Shown here in pieces: positions 1 to 7,507 of a DNA stretch of 30,659 nucleotides. This DNA comes from Candidatus Cryosericum sp. (GTDB taxonomy: Bacteria; Caldisericota; Caldisericia; Cryosericales; Cryosericaceae): contig JBNAWM010000006.1 of the NCBI GenBank assembly GCA_049699855.1, forward strand, positions 1 through 30,659, read 5' to 3'. The first letter of the stretch is position 1. Every line of letters begins with the position of its first letter. The notes below the pieces were generated by a model. It was given only the letters and a program-made list of their open reading frames with translations, ran no database searches and was not told where the DNA came from. Both the position numbers and the translations under genes were made by a program.

Positions 1-1
1 C

Positions 2-241
2 GACAGCGCCGATGGAGGAGCGCCCTTCATGATGGTGCGTGTGCAGCCGATGCTCGCAGGACAGGCGCTGTCGTCGCTGGTGATGCCCGACTACTGGGAG
101 GGGCTGTGCACAGCGAGGGGCGAAGTCGTGAAGCTGATCGAGCAAGGTGGCGCACCGTTCCTGGAAGCGAAGACCCTGCAAGGCTTCGCCTACGTTGAGC
201 TGACCGGATACAGTTCACGGGAGACGGCAGCTTCACGGTAG
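2..241 (+). CDS. 3' end of a lipocalin-like / CrtC-AttH (carotenoid 1,2-hydratase-like) family protein, truncated by the window start
   Basis: Frame is open from base 2 (DSADGGAPFMMVRV...) to TAG at 241. It ends with YWEG and GFAYVELTGY, the C-terminal motifs typical of AttH/CrtC-like lipocalin proteins. Confidence 0.65.
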   Translation, partial: DSADGGAPFMMVRVQPMLAGQALSSLVMPDYWEGLCTARGEVVKLIEQGGAPFLEAKTLQGFAYVELTGYSSRETAASR

Positions 242-453
242 CTGATGCACCGGGCGCCTGCCAATCATCAGGATGCCAGTTGTCTTGACGCGCGAAAACC
301 GTACACTGCTGACAGCAGGGATCACGCCCAGCGATGCCGCCGCACAGAGTGACTGGAGTGATCGAGGACCTGCCGGTGTGCCCCAGCAACAGAGGAGGCG
401 TGCCAAGACACGGCAGACAGGCTGGACCCATGCTCTCGGACAGGAGGAGAACT

Positions 454-1212
454 ATGAGATTCATCAAGAGATTGCTGGTTGTGCTGATCGTCATCGCACT
501 TGCCGTGGTTGTCGGGCTGGGCTATCTGGGGGTTGTCCCGGGCGTCTCGAACATCCTGGGCGCCAACAAACCGCGGGATCTGGGCGTGCGGTATACCGAT
601 GCGGACTTCAATTCACTGATGGCCAAGAACCACGTCAAGCGGGTCGTCCTCGATTCGGTGTCCACACCGCAGGCGAGCTGGGTCCTGCAAGGCAGTCAGA
701 ACGTCACCACAACGTTCACGGACCGGGAGATCACCGCTCGTCTTGCCAAAGCCGAGGGGTGGGCGCTGGATCCCTTCACCGATGTGCAGGTGAAGATCGG
801 GCAGGACGGCGTCGTCGAAGCCTCGGGCATCGTCCATGTCGATCGGCTTCGGTCCTATGCAGAAGCTACTGGCGTGTCCCAGGACGAGATCAACAGCATT
901 GCCAAGGGGATGGACACCTACAAGATTCCGCGCGGCTCGTTTCCTGCCTATGCGAAGGGCACGCTGTCCATCACCAACAACACGCTGGACATCAACGTGG
1001 CACAGCTGGTCATCGGCAGGATCCCCATCCCGGAAAGCCTGTACCGGCAGGCAAAGGCTCCGTTCGAGAGCTTCGTTCACGAACGGCTGACAAGTGGCGG
1101 GTACGGGAGCCTTTCCATCAAGTCTCTGACGTTTGCGGGTGGCAACATGAATTTCTCCGGGACGCTTCCCAAGGTCATTACGACGGCAAAGAGCATCACT
1201 GGCGGACAATAG
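454..1212 (+). CDS. Membrane-anchored hypothetical protein with one N-terminal TM helix
   Basis: SD AGGAGG at 442-447 precedes ATG 454. MRFIKR is followed by a hydrophobic helix (LLVVLIVIALAVVVGLGYLGVV) and a beta-rich extracytoplasmic region. The ORF-track start at 334 lacks this support. Confidence 0.8.
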   Translation: MRFIKRLLVVLIVIALAVVVGLGYLGVVPGVSNILGANKPRDLGVRYTDADFNSLMAKNHVKRVVLDSVSTPQASWVLQGSQNVTTTFTDREITARLAKAEGWALDPFTDVQVKIGQDGVVEASGIVHVDRLRSYAEATGVSQDEINSIAKGMDTYKIPRGSFPAYAKGTLSITNNTLDINVAQLVIGRIPIPESLYRQAKAPFESFVHERLTSGGYGSLSIKSLTFAGGNMNFSGTLPKVITTAKSITGGQ

Positions 1213-1263
1213 CACCGATTGATCTGCGCAGAGAGGCGTATGGACGGGTCATTCATGATGCTC

Positions 1264-1291
1264 TTGACATATGATATAAATGTCATATGAT
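1264..1291 (+). promoter_or_regulatory. Sigma70-type promoter overlapped by an ArsR/SmtB-type operator
   Basis: TTGACA 1264-1269, 16-bp spacer, TATGAT 1286-1291. The inverted repeat CATATGA-N8-TCATATG (1268-1289) overlaps both boxes, as expected for an autoregulated ArsR/SmtB operator. Confidence 0.75.
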
Positions 1292-1300
1292 AAGAACATC

Positions 1301-1603
1301 ATGAAATCCAACACAGAGCTTCAGGCGTTGACATCGTTCTACAAGCTGCTGGCCAATGAGTCGCGGCTGGCCATCCTGCTTGCCTTGCGGGAGGGTGAGG
1401 ACAATGTCGCTGGCATCTGCGGGCGAACCGGGTTGAGCCAGACGCTCGTTTCGCACCAGCTGGCGACCCTGCACCGGAACCGTGTCGTCTGTTCCCGCAA
1501 GGACGGCCGGCGAACGTACTATGTCCTTGCCGACAAACACATCGATATCATCGTCGAGTTTGCGCTGGATCATCTCGCGGAAAAGGAAGTGCACCATGAG
1601 TGA
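1301..1603 (+). CDS. ArsR/SmtB family metal-sensing repressor (CzrA/SmtB-like, alpha5 site)
   Basis: HTH region SQTLVSHQLATL and C-terminal DKH-x10-HLAE match the DxH-x10-HxxE alpha5 Zn/Co site. ATG 1301 is preferred over ATG 1280 because 1280 lies inside the promoter. Confidence 0.9.
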   Translation: MKSNTELQALTSFYKLLANESRLAILLALREGEDNVAGICGRTGLSQTLVSHQLATLHRNRVVCSRKDGRRTYYVLADKHIDIIVEFALDHLAEKEVHHE

Positions 1604-2498
1604 GCACAATGAACACGCAGCCTCGAACGGGCGCAATCTGTTTATTTCAGTACTGATGAACCTGACCATCACGGTCGCGGAAGCGATCGGCGGGCTGGTC
1701 TCCGGGTCGCTGGCCCTGCTTGGCGACGCGTTCCACAACTTCACGGACATGCTGTCGGGCCTCCTGACACTGTGGACACTGCGCCTGGGGCGCCGTGCCC
1801 ACAATGAGAAGTACACGTTTGGCTACCGCCGTGCCGAGATCCTGTCGGCGGGCATCAATGCTGGCGTCATGTTCGTCATCGTAGCCGGACTGCTGTACGA
1901 GGCCTACCAGCGGTTTCTGCATCCGGCGCCCATCAACGGCGGCATCATGCTGGCGGTGGCGCTCGTGGGCCTAGCCGCCAACTTCACGTCGGTTCTCCTC
2001 CTGCACCGCGGAGCAGGAGAGAGTCTGAACATTCGCAGTGAGTATTTGCACTTGATGTCGGACACCCTGTCCTCGGTGGGCGTTGTCATCGGCGGCATCA
2101 TCGTCACCATTTGGCATGTCACCTGGGTGGATCCGCTGGTCACGGTGTTCGTGGCAGGCTGGGTTCTCAAGGAAGCGCTGGAGGTCGTGCGCGAGGCCGG
2201 GGGCATCCTCATGGAGGAGGCTCCAGAGGGGCTGGACCTTGCTGCGCTGGAGGCGGACATCAGTGCTCTGCCGCATGTGCAGGACCTGCACCATGTGCAT
2301 GTTTGGCAGGTGAGTGACACCGATACGATGTTCGAGGGGCACGTCAACGTGGACGACATCTCAGTGCGGGACACGGGGCCATTGCGGCAGCAGATCGAAG
2401 AGCTCTTGCAGGACAAGTACGACATTACACACGTCACCGTCCAGTTTGAGTTCGAATCATGCAAGGGGGCAGGACTCATCGTCAGCGGCAAAAAGTAA
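1596..2498 (+). CDS. czcD: Cation diffusion facilitator (Zn/Co/Cd efflux)
   Basis: Motifs GSLALLGDAFHNFTD, YTFGYRRAEILSA, YLHLMSD, DLHHVHVW and HVTVQFE. ATG 1596 follows AAGGAAG and overlaps the end of the ArsR gene. Confidence 0.92.
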   Translation: MSEHNEHAASNGRNLFISVLMNLTITVAEAIGGLVSGSLALLGDAFHNFTDMLSGLLTLWTLRLGRRAHNEKYTFGYRRAEILSAGINAGVMFVIVAGLLYEAYQRFLHPAPINGGIMLAVALVGLAANFTSVLLLHRGAGESLNIRSEYLHLMSDTLSSVGVVIGGIIVTIWHVTWVDPLVTVFVAGWVLKEALEVVREAGGILMEEAPEGLDLAALEADISALPHVQDLHHVHVWQVSDTDTMFEGHVNVDDISVRDTGPLRQQIEELLQDKYDITHVTVQFEFESCKGAGLIVSGKK

Positions 2499-2648
2499 TG
2501 TGGAACCGCAGTGGGGCGGGTGAGCGCCATACGGAGACCGACAGTCATGCCATGGCCCCGCCTGCTTCACAATGTCTTTGCACGAAAAACCGCCAATCGC
2601 TGTATTCATAGTGAGATAGCAGGTGGTACAGGATGGGCCGGGCCGCGC

Positions 2649-2676
2649 TTGACAAAGCTGGGGCTCCGGCTATGAT
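2649..2676 (+). promoter_or_regulatory. Sigma70-type promoter
   Basis: TTGACA 2649-2654, 16-bp spacer, TATGAT 2671-2676, upstream of SD AAAGGAG and ATG 2703. Confidence 0.65.
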
Positions 2677-2702
2677 TGCTGCGCTTGAAAGGAGATGCTT
2701 CC

Positions 2703-3431
2703 ATGGAATATCAGGGAACCGTTGTGCGTCCGGAGGACAGCGTCCGGGCATTTTTCAATCGTGTGTATGGGTGGATGGCCGGCGGGCTTGCTCTTACGGC
2801 AGCCATTGCCTGGTTTGTAAGCAACAATCAGGCAATCCAGCAGTTGATCTTTGGCAACTCGCTGGTCTTCATTCTCCTTATTATTGCTGAGTTTGGGCTG
2901 GTCATCGGTTTGTCGGGGGCCATCAACAAGATATCGGCGCAGACGGCGGCACTCTTGTTCCTTGCGTATGCGGCCGTGAACGGGCTGACCCTTTCGTCCA
3001 TTTTCATGGTGTACTCCAAGGGCGACATCGCCATGGCATTTGCCACGTCGGCCGGGCTCTTTCTGGCCATGTCGCTGATCGGCTCGGCGACGCGCATGGA
3101 TCTTTCGAGGGTCGGCAACATCGCGCTGATTGGACTGGTGGGCATCATCATCGTCTCAGTTGTCAACCTGTTCCTCAGGAGTTCAGGTCTTGACTTCCTC
3201 ATCAGCATCATCGGTATCGTCATCTTCCTTGGGCTGACCGCCTGGGACACGCAGAAGCTGCGGAGGATGGCCCTGAACCTCGACCCGACGGGCGACAATC
3301 CCATCACGATGGCGGGGGGCAACCCGCAGGCAGAGAAGGTTGCCGTCATTGGCGCCCTGAGCCTGTATCTCGATCTCATCAACCTGTTCCTGTTCGTCCT
3401 CAGGCTCTTTGGAGGCGGCAGGCGCAAGTAG
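2703..3431 (+). CDS. Bax inhibitor-1 / YccA family membrane protein
   Basis: About 7 TM helices. FFNRVYGWMAGGLALTA, GLTAWDTQKL and GALSLYLDLINLFLFVLRLFG are family signatures. SD AAAGGAG precedes ATG 2703. Confidence 0.92.
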   Translation: MEYQGTVVRPEDSVRAFFNRVYGWMAGGLALTAAIAWFVSNNQAIQQLIFGNSLVFILLIIAEFGLVIGLSGAINKISAQTAALLFLAYAAVNGLTLSSIFMVYSKGDIAMAFATSAGLFLAMSLIGSATRMDLSRVGNIALIGLVGIIIVSVVNLFLRSSGLDFLISIIGIVIFLGLTAWDTQKLRRMALNLDPTGDNPITMAGGNPQAEKVAVIGALSLYLDLINLFLFVLRLFGGGRRK

Positions 3432-3453
3432 GAAAAGCGCGCTTTGTGAAAGC

Positions 3454-3495
3454 AGCCGGGCCGCTCCTGATGGGTAGCCCGGCTATTTGTTTTTC
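3454..3495 (+). terminator. Intrinsic terminator
   Basis: AGCCGGGC (3454-3461) pairs with GCCCGGCT (3477-3484), followed by ATTTGTTTTTC. Confidence 0.7.
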
Positions 3496-3524
3496 TGTAG
3501 AACCTTTGTTCTCTTTCCCACTGG

Positions 3525-3533
3525 TGGTATAAT
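3525..3533 (+). promoter_or_regulatory. Extended -10 promoter (TG-N-TATAAT)
   Basis: TGGTATAAT at 3525-3533, 9 nt before ATG 3543, with no SD in between. Confidence 0.6.
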
Positions 3534-3542
3534 TCGGCCACT

Positions 3543-4577
3543 ATGGACACAACACAACTCGTGAGGGTGTTCCACAGGAGAAAGGCTATCCTGTTTGTGG
3601 TACTGGGGATCCTTCTCGGTGGATTCTTCCTCTGGAGTGCAGGCGTTCACACGTATGTTGTCAATGATGATGGCAGCAAGACGCGGATCGTCGCGTTCCA
3701 CAGCATGTCGGTGAGCAGTGTCCTGGCGAAGGCGAACACGCGTTCCCTGCGCCCGGAAGATGTGGTAACACCGGATGTCGCCGCGGTCATCCCTCATGGG
3801 GAAATCGCTATCGTGCGCGCCAAACCGGTCACACTCACCATCGACCACGTTAGTGAAACCATTTATTCAACCGCGGCAACGGTAGGCGAGCTGCTGGCGG
3901 ACAATGGAGTCAAGCTGAACAAGGAAGACAAGGTGGCTCCCGTTCCGGCCGACCCCGTTCCATACCATGCCCAGATCATCGTCCTGCGGACAACCTATGC
4001 CTATACCACGAAGACCGAGGCAGTCGCCTATCAGCGCGTGTACCGGAAGAACCCGTACATGGAAGTCGGGCGCAGTTACATCAGTGTCATGGGTCAGTCG
4101 GGGGTCCTGCAGAAGACGATCAAGGTGACCAAGGTCGCCCAGCAGGCGGTCAGTTCGACCGTGGTGAAGACGAAGACCATCAAGCCGGTCGTGCATGAGG
4201 TCTATGATGTTGGCACGGCACGCCTCGACCCCAACCTCAAGCCGACGCGGAGCTATACGATGTCTGCAACCGCTTATTCAAACAGGGCTTCTACCATCCT
4301 GGACGGCAAGGACCACCTGTATGGCTACTCCGGTCTGTGGCTTCACTACGGCACCTGTGCCGTCGATCCCCGGCTGATCCCCATGGGGACGGTGCTGTAC
4401 GTCGAGGGATACGGCTACGCAGTCGCTGCAGACACTGGATCCAGCATCCATGGCAACTGTATTGACCTGTTCTTCGACTCTTATCGCGATGCCTGCGATT
4501 GGGGCCGGCGGTCAGTCAAGGTCTACGTTCTTCCCATCACGCGGACTCAGCTGTACGCTAAGCTTGGCATAAAGTAG
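3543..4577 (+). CDS. YabE/RpfB-like cell-wall protein (DUF348 ubiquitin-like repeats, G5 domain, C-terminal 3D domain)
   Basis: N-terminal TM, TAATVGELLADNGVKLNKEDKV repeats, a G5-like segment, and the 3D domain motifs ATAYS, AVDPRLIPMGT, AADTG and IDLFFD. Confidence 0.88.
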   Translation: MDTTQLVRVFHRRKAILFVVLGILLGGFFLWSAGVHTYVVNDDGSKTRIVAFHSMSVSSVLAKANTRSLRPEDVVTPDVAAVIPHGEIAIVRAKPVTLTIDHVSETIYSTAATVGELLADNGVKLNKEDKVAPVPADPVPYHAQIIVLRTTYAYTTKTEAVAYQRVYRKNPYMEVGRSYISVMGQSGVLQKTIKVTKVAQQAVSSTVVKTKTIKPVVHEVYDVGTARLDPNLKPTRSYTMSATAYSNRASTILDGKDHLYGYSGLWLHYGTCAVDPRLIPMGTVLYVEGYGYAVAADTGSSIHGNCIDLFFDSYRDACDWGRRSVKVYVLPITRTQLYAKLGIK

Positions 4578-4595
4578 GACGGAGCCGCCTGGCGT

Positions 4596-5552
4596 TCAGC
4601 GACGCGGAGGAAACCGGTAGACCTGCCGGGCGTCAACGCCGCGCTTGCTGAGAACAGAAAGCAGCAACTCCGCCCGCTCCAGGCGCACCTCGATGATGCT
4701 CAGGTCGAATGGCAGTTGCGTAAGTTTCTCGCGGCTCAGGTGCTGTGCCTGGAGGACGCTGTCCCCTGCCGCGTCCTGCGCATCTATCAGCTGGGCTGTT
4801 CCCGTCAACTGGAGTCCTGCGACGTCTGCCATCGTATGATACGGCTCGAAGATGCAGACTGAGACGCGCGGGTTCAAGAGCAGATTGGCGAACTTGGTGC
4901 CCCCTTCGCTGAGGAAATACAGGCAGTCGTTGGCATACACGTATTCGATCGGCGTTGCGCGGGCACCTTCATCTCCGGCAGTGGCAAGGGCACAGGTATT
5001 GTGCGAATGCAGGAAGCTGTCGATCTCGGCTCGCAGCGGAGCTTCGTCCAGCCGCAGGCCCAGCGTGTCACGAATGTCTTTGAGCTGAAGACCCCACGTT
5101 GTCACGGCGTGCCAGTCCACGGTGTCCGCATCGGCGAGGACCGAGTTGGTGGTGCGGGCAAAGGATTTCATTGCGGCACGGTCTGCCGCGGTCAGGGAGG
5201 CCATGCTCAGACGACCACCCAGTGATGCGCTGGAGGCGAGCGCGGGGCCAAGGAGACGGGCAAGAGGCGCGCGGTAGCGTCCGTCGCTGTCTGGCGCCAG
5301 GCTGGAGGTGAACAGCGCGACCGTGCGCCGGGTCAGCCACTCCTGCTGGTCCTGGACGAAACGGAGGACGCCTGCGTCGGGCTCATCATCGTAGATCGGG
5401 GCGCCGATGACGACGAACTGGCAGGGGTGCCTGTCCGGCTCGAATCCTTCGATGGGCCATGCACGGGCTGGTCCCAGGATGCGGGCAAGCGCCTTGGCAA
5501 TGTCGCGGGTGGTACCATAGCGTGAAGCGTAGAGAACACACGTCGTCATCAT
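4596..5552 (-). CDS. Fusion of a flavodoxin (HemG-like) domain and a pyridoxamine 5'-phosphate oxidase-like split-barrel domain
   Basis: N-terminal VLYASRYGTTRDIA (FMN phosphate loop) and VVIGAPIY. C-terminal HNTCALATA...EGGTKFANLLLNPRVSVCI. SD GAGGAG precedes ATG 5552, just downstream of the lysA stop. Confidence 0.8.
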   Translation of the reverse strand: MMTTCVLYASRYGTTRDIAKALARILGPARAWPIEGFEPDRHPCQFVVIGAPIYDDEPDAGVLRFVQDQQEWLTRRTVALFTSSLAPDSDGRYRAPLARLLGPALASSASLGGRLSMASLTAADRAAMKSFARTTNSVLADADTVDWHAVTTWGLQLKDIRDTLGLRLDEAPLRAEIDSFLHSHNTCALATAGDEGARATPIEYVYANDCLYFLSEGGTKFANLLLNPRVSVCIFEPYHTMADVAGLQLTGTAQLIDAQDAAGDSVLQAQHLSREKLTQLPFDLSIIEVRLERAELLLSVLSKRGVDARQVYRFPPRR

Positions 5553-5562
5553 GGCAGGCTCC

Positions 5563-6750
5563 TCACAGGCCGCGTTCGCGGATGAGCACCGGCTCGCCGT
5601 CTTCGATGAGGACTTCAGGCAGAAGGGGCCGGCCATTGTAGGTTGAACTCATGGACCATCCATAGGCGCCAGCGTCAGCGATGGCAAGCAGGTCGCCTTG
5701 CTCAGGCAGTGGCATGGAAACGTCGTGGGCGAAGCAGTCGGCAGATTCACAGACAGGTCCGACAATGTCGCAGGGCAACGGGCTTTCCTGTCTGCGGGTT
5801 ACCGGCAGGATCTCGTGGTGCGCCTGGTACAGGGCAGGGCGGATGAGGTCGTTCATGCCCGCGTCCACAACCACGAATGTCCTAGCGTAGCGCTTGCGGT
5901 ACAGCACACGTGTCACCAGCAGACCGGCATGCCCCACCACGTACCTGCCCGGCTCGAAGGAAAGCTTCAGGCCCCTGGGAACGTCGCGGACGAGGAGTGC
6001 CTTCAGGTCGTCGAGGGGGAAATCGGGACCATCGCCGTCGCTGATGCCGAAGCCCCCGCCCAGGTCGAGACTGCTCACAGCGATGCCTTCGCTCATCAGC
6101 CTGTCATGCAGTTCCAGCAGGCGTGCCAGCGACTTGCGATAGGGCTCGAGGCTCATGATCTGGCTCCCGATGTGGCAGGAGATGGCATCGGGCACGAGTC
6201 CGGCGTTCATGGCCAGCTGGAAGGCGTGTGGCACGGCATCGATGGGAATACCAAACTTGTCCTGCTCTGTTCCCGTGGTGATGTAGTGGTGCGTGTGGGC
6301 ATCGACGCCGGGATTCACCCGGATGCCGACGCGGGCGCCCGGACTCAGGCGAGCAATCGCAGCAAGTTCCTCCTCGCTCTCGGCGTTGATGAGGATGCCG
6401 TGGTCCAGCGCAAAAGCCAGCTCCTGTTCCGTCTTTCCCACGCCCGAAAAGACGATGCGGTTAGCAGGACAGCCGGCAGCGAGGGCGGAGCGGATCTCGC
6501 CCATGCTTACTGTGTCAGCTCCCAGGCCCATGCTGAAGATGAGCGCAAGGAGTGCCGGGTTGGCGTTGGCCTTGACAGCGTAGTGCACGGAGCCCACGGT
6601 GCCCAGCGTCTGCATCAGGCGTGCTGCCTGTCCACGGATGGACGAGGATGAATAGACATACACGGGTGTGCCATATTGTGCCGCAATGGTGGCCAGGGGC
6701 AGGCGGTCAAGCACAAGCTGGTTGTCCTCATAGAGGAGATTCTTGTTCAT
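5563..6750 (-). CDS. lysA: Diaminopimelate decarboxylase
   Basis: YGTPVYVY, YAVKAN (PLP lysine), HIGSQI, LDLGGG, FEPGR, GPVCES and AGAYGWSMSSTYN. SD AAAGGA upstream. Confidence 0.96.
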   Translation of the reverse strand: MNKNLLYEDNQLVLDRLPLATIAAQYGTPVYVYSSSSIRGQAARLMQTLGTVGSVHYAVKANANPALLALIFSMGLGADTVSMGEIRSALAAGCPANRIVFSGVGKTEQELAFALDHGILINAESEEELAAIARLSPGARVGIRVNPGVDAHTHHYITTGTEQDKFGIPIDAVPHAFQLAMNAGLVPDAISCHIGSQIMSLEPYRKSLARLLELHDRLMSEGIAVSSLDLGGGFGISDGDGPDFPLDDLKALLVRDVPRGLKLSFEPGRYVVGHAGLLVTRVLYRKRYARTFVVVDAGMNDLIRPALYQAHHEILPVTRRQESPLPCDIVGPVCESADCFAHDVSMPLPEQGDLLAIADAGAYGWSMSSTYNGRPLLPEVLIEDGEPVLIRERGL

Positions 6751-6913
6751 CGCAGTCCTTTCTGCCGGGGCGGAGGGTGCGCACCCCGTGCCGCCTGTTC
6801 CAGCCCTTCCATGATGGGCCGATGATCTGTCCTGTCAAGCGGTCCGCCGACAGCGTGCAAGGGGTGAGGGATTTGCAGTGCAACGAACCCTGCTACACTG
6901 AAGCCCGGACAAG

Positions 6914-7435
6914 ATGAAACTCTACAAATCGCGCAGTTCATATGCGGGGCCTCGCAGCCCCGCCAGGAGCAGGGATGGCGTTCGGTACCGGGCGAAGTCG
7001 CGCTACCAGATGGGGCCGCGGGCGAGGGCAGGCGGCACAGGCACGAGGTGGCGCACGTCCGAGGAGCTGGCACGCGCCAAGCGTGGACTTCCGGTTTTCC
7101 TGACACTGTGCCTCGTGTTGGGCCTCGTCCTGCCGATCTTTTTCGGGCAGGTCGGCCGTGCTGCGGCGCCCCAGGGTGAGACGGTCGTGCTTGTCCAGGC
7201 CAGTCTGAACGGCAAGCCCTGGTCGGGACGCCTGCCCTTTGAGCTGAAGGGGTCGACGCCATGGACCGGCTCCATGGTACCCTACGAAGTGTTTGCACAG
7301 CCAGGCGTCTATACGCTGGTTGTTGCCGGAGGCGGACCAGCGGGTGCGAAAATGGCTGGCGTGGTCCCCACCGGGTCCGTACTGGGCCGTGCGGGCGAGA
7401 CGATCACCTTTACCGTGGAGTTCGCTGGGCCGTAG
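6914..7435 (+). CDS. Hypothetical membrane-anchored protein (basic N-terminus, one TM, small Ig/beta-sandwich-like C-terminus)
   Basis: TM segment LPVFLTLCLVLGLVLPIFF and a C-terminal QPGVYTLVV...GETITFTVEF. The start is uncertain. Confidence 0.6.
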   Translation: MKLYKSRSSYAGPRSPARSRDGVRYRAKSRYQMGPRARAGGTGTRWRTSEELARAKRGLPVFLTLCLVLGLVLPIFFGQVGRAAAPQGETVVLVQASLNGKPWSGRLPFELKGSTPWTGSMVPYEVFAQPGVYTLVVAGGGPAGAKMAGVVPTGSVLGRAGETITFTVEFAGP

Positions 7436-7507
7436 AGGTTGCACAGCAGATGAGGCAGGCAGCAGGTACATTCGGGGCAAGCACGACCGACAATCTGGAG
7501 GGGAATC

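Noticed and set aside
273..1274. 333-aa alternative-frame ORF
   Set aside because: It is an Arg/His/Gly-rich shadow translation overlapping the SD-supported ORF at 454-1212.
6751..6913. Possible lysine riboswitch upstream of lysA
   Set aside because: The region is short, is shared with a divergent gene, and shows no L-box consensus that I could recognise.
7465..7493. GGTACA-N17-CGACAA as another ECF-like promoter before the large propeller gene
   Set aside because: It occurs once and differs from the repeated TGTACG/GTASTA motif, so support is insufficient.
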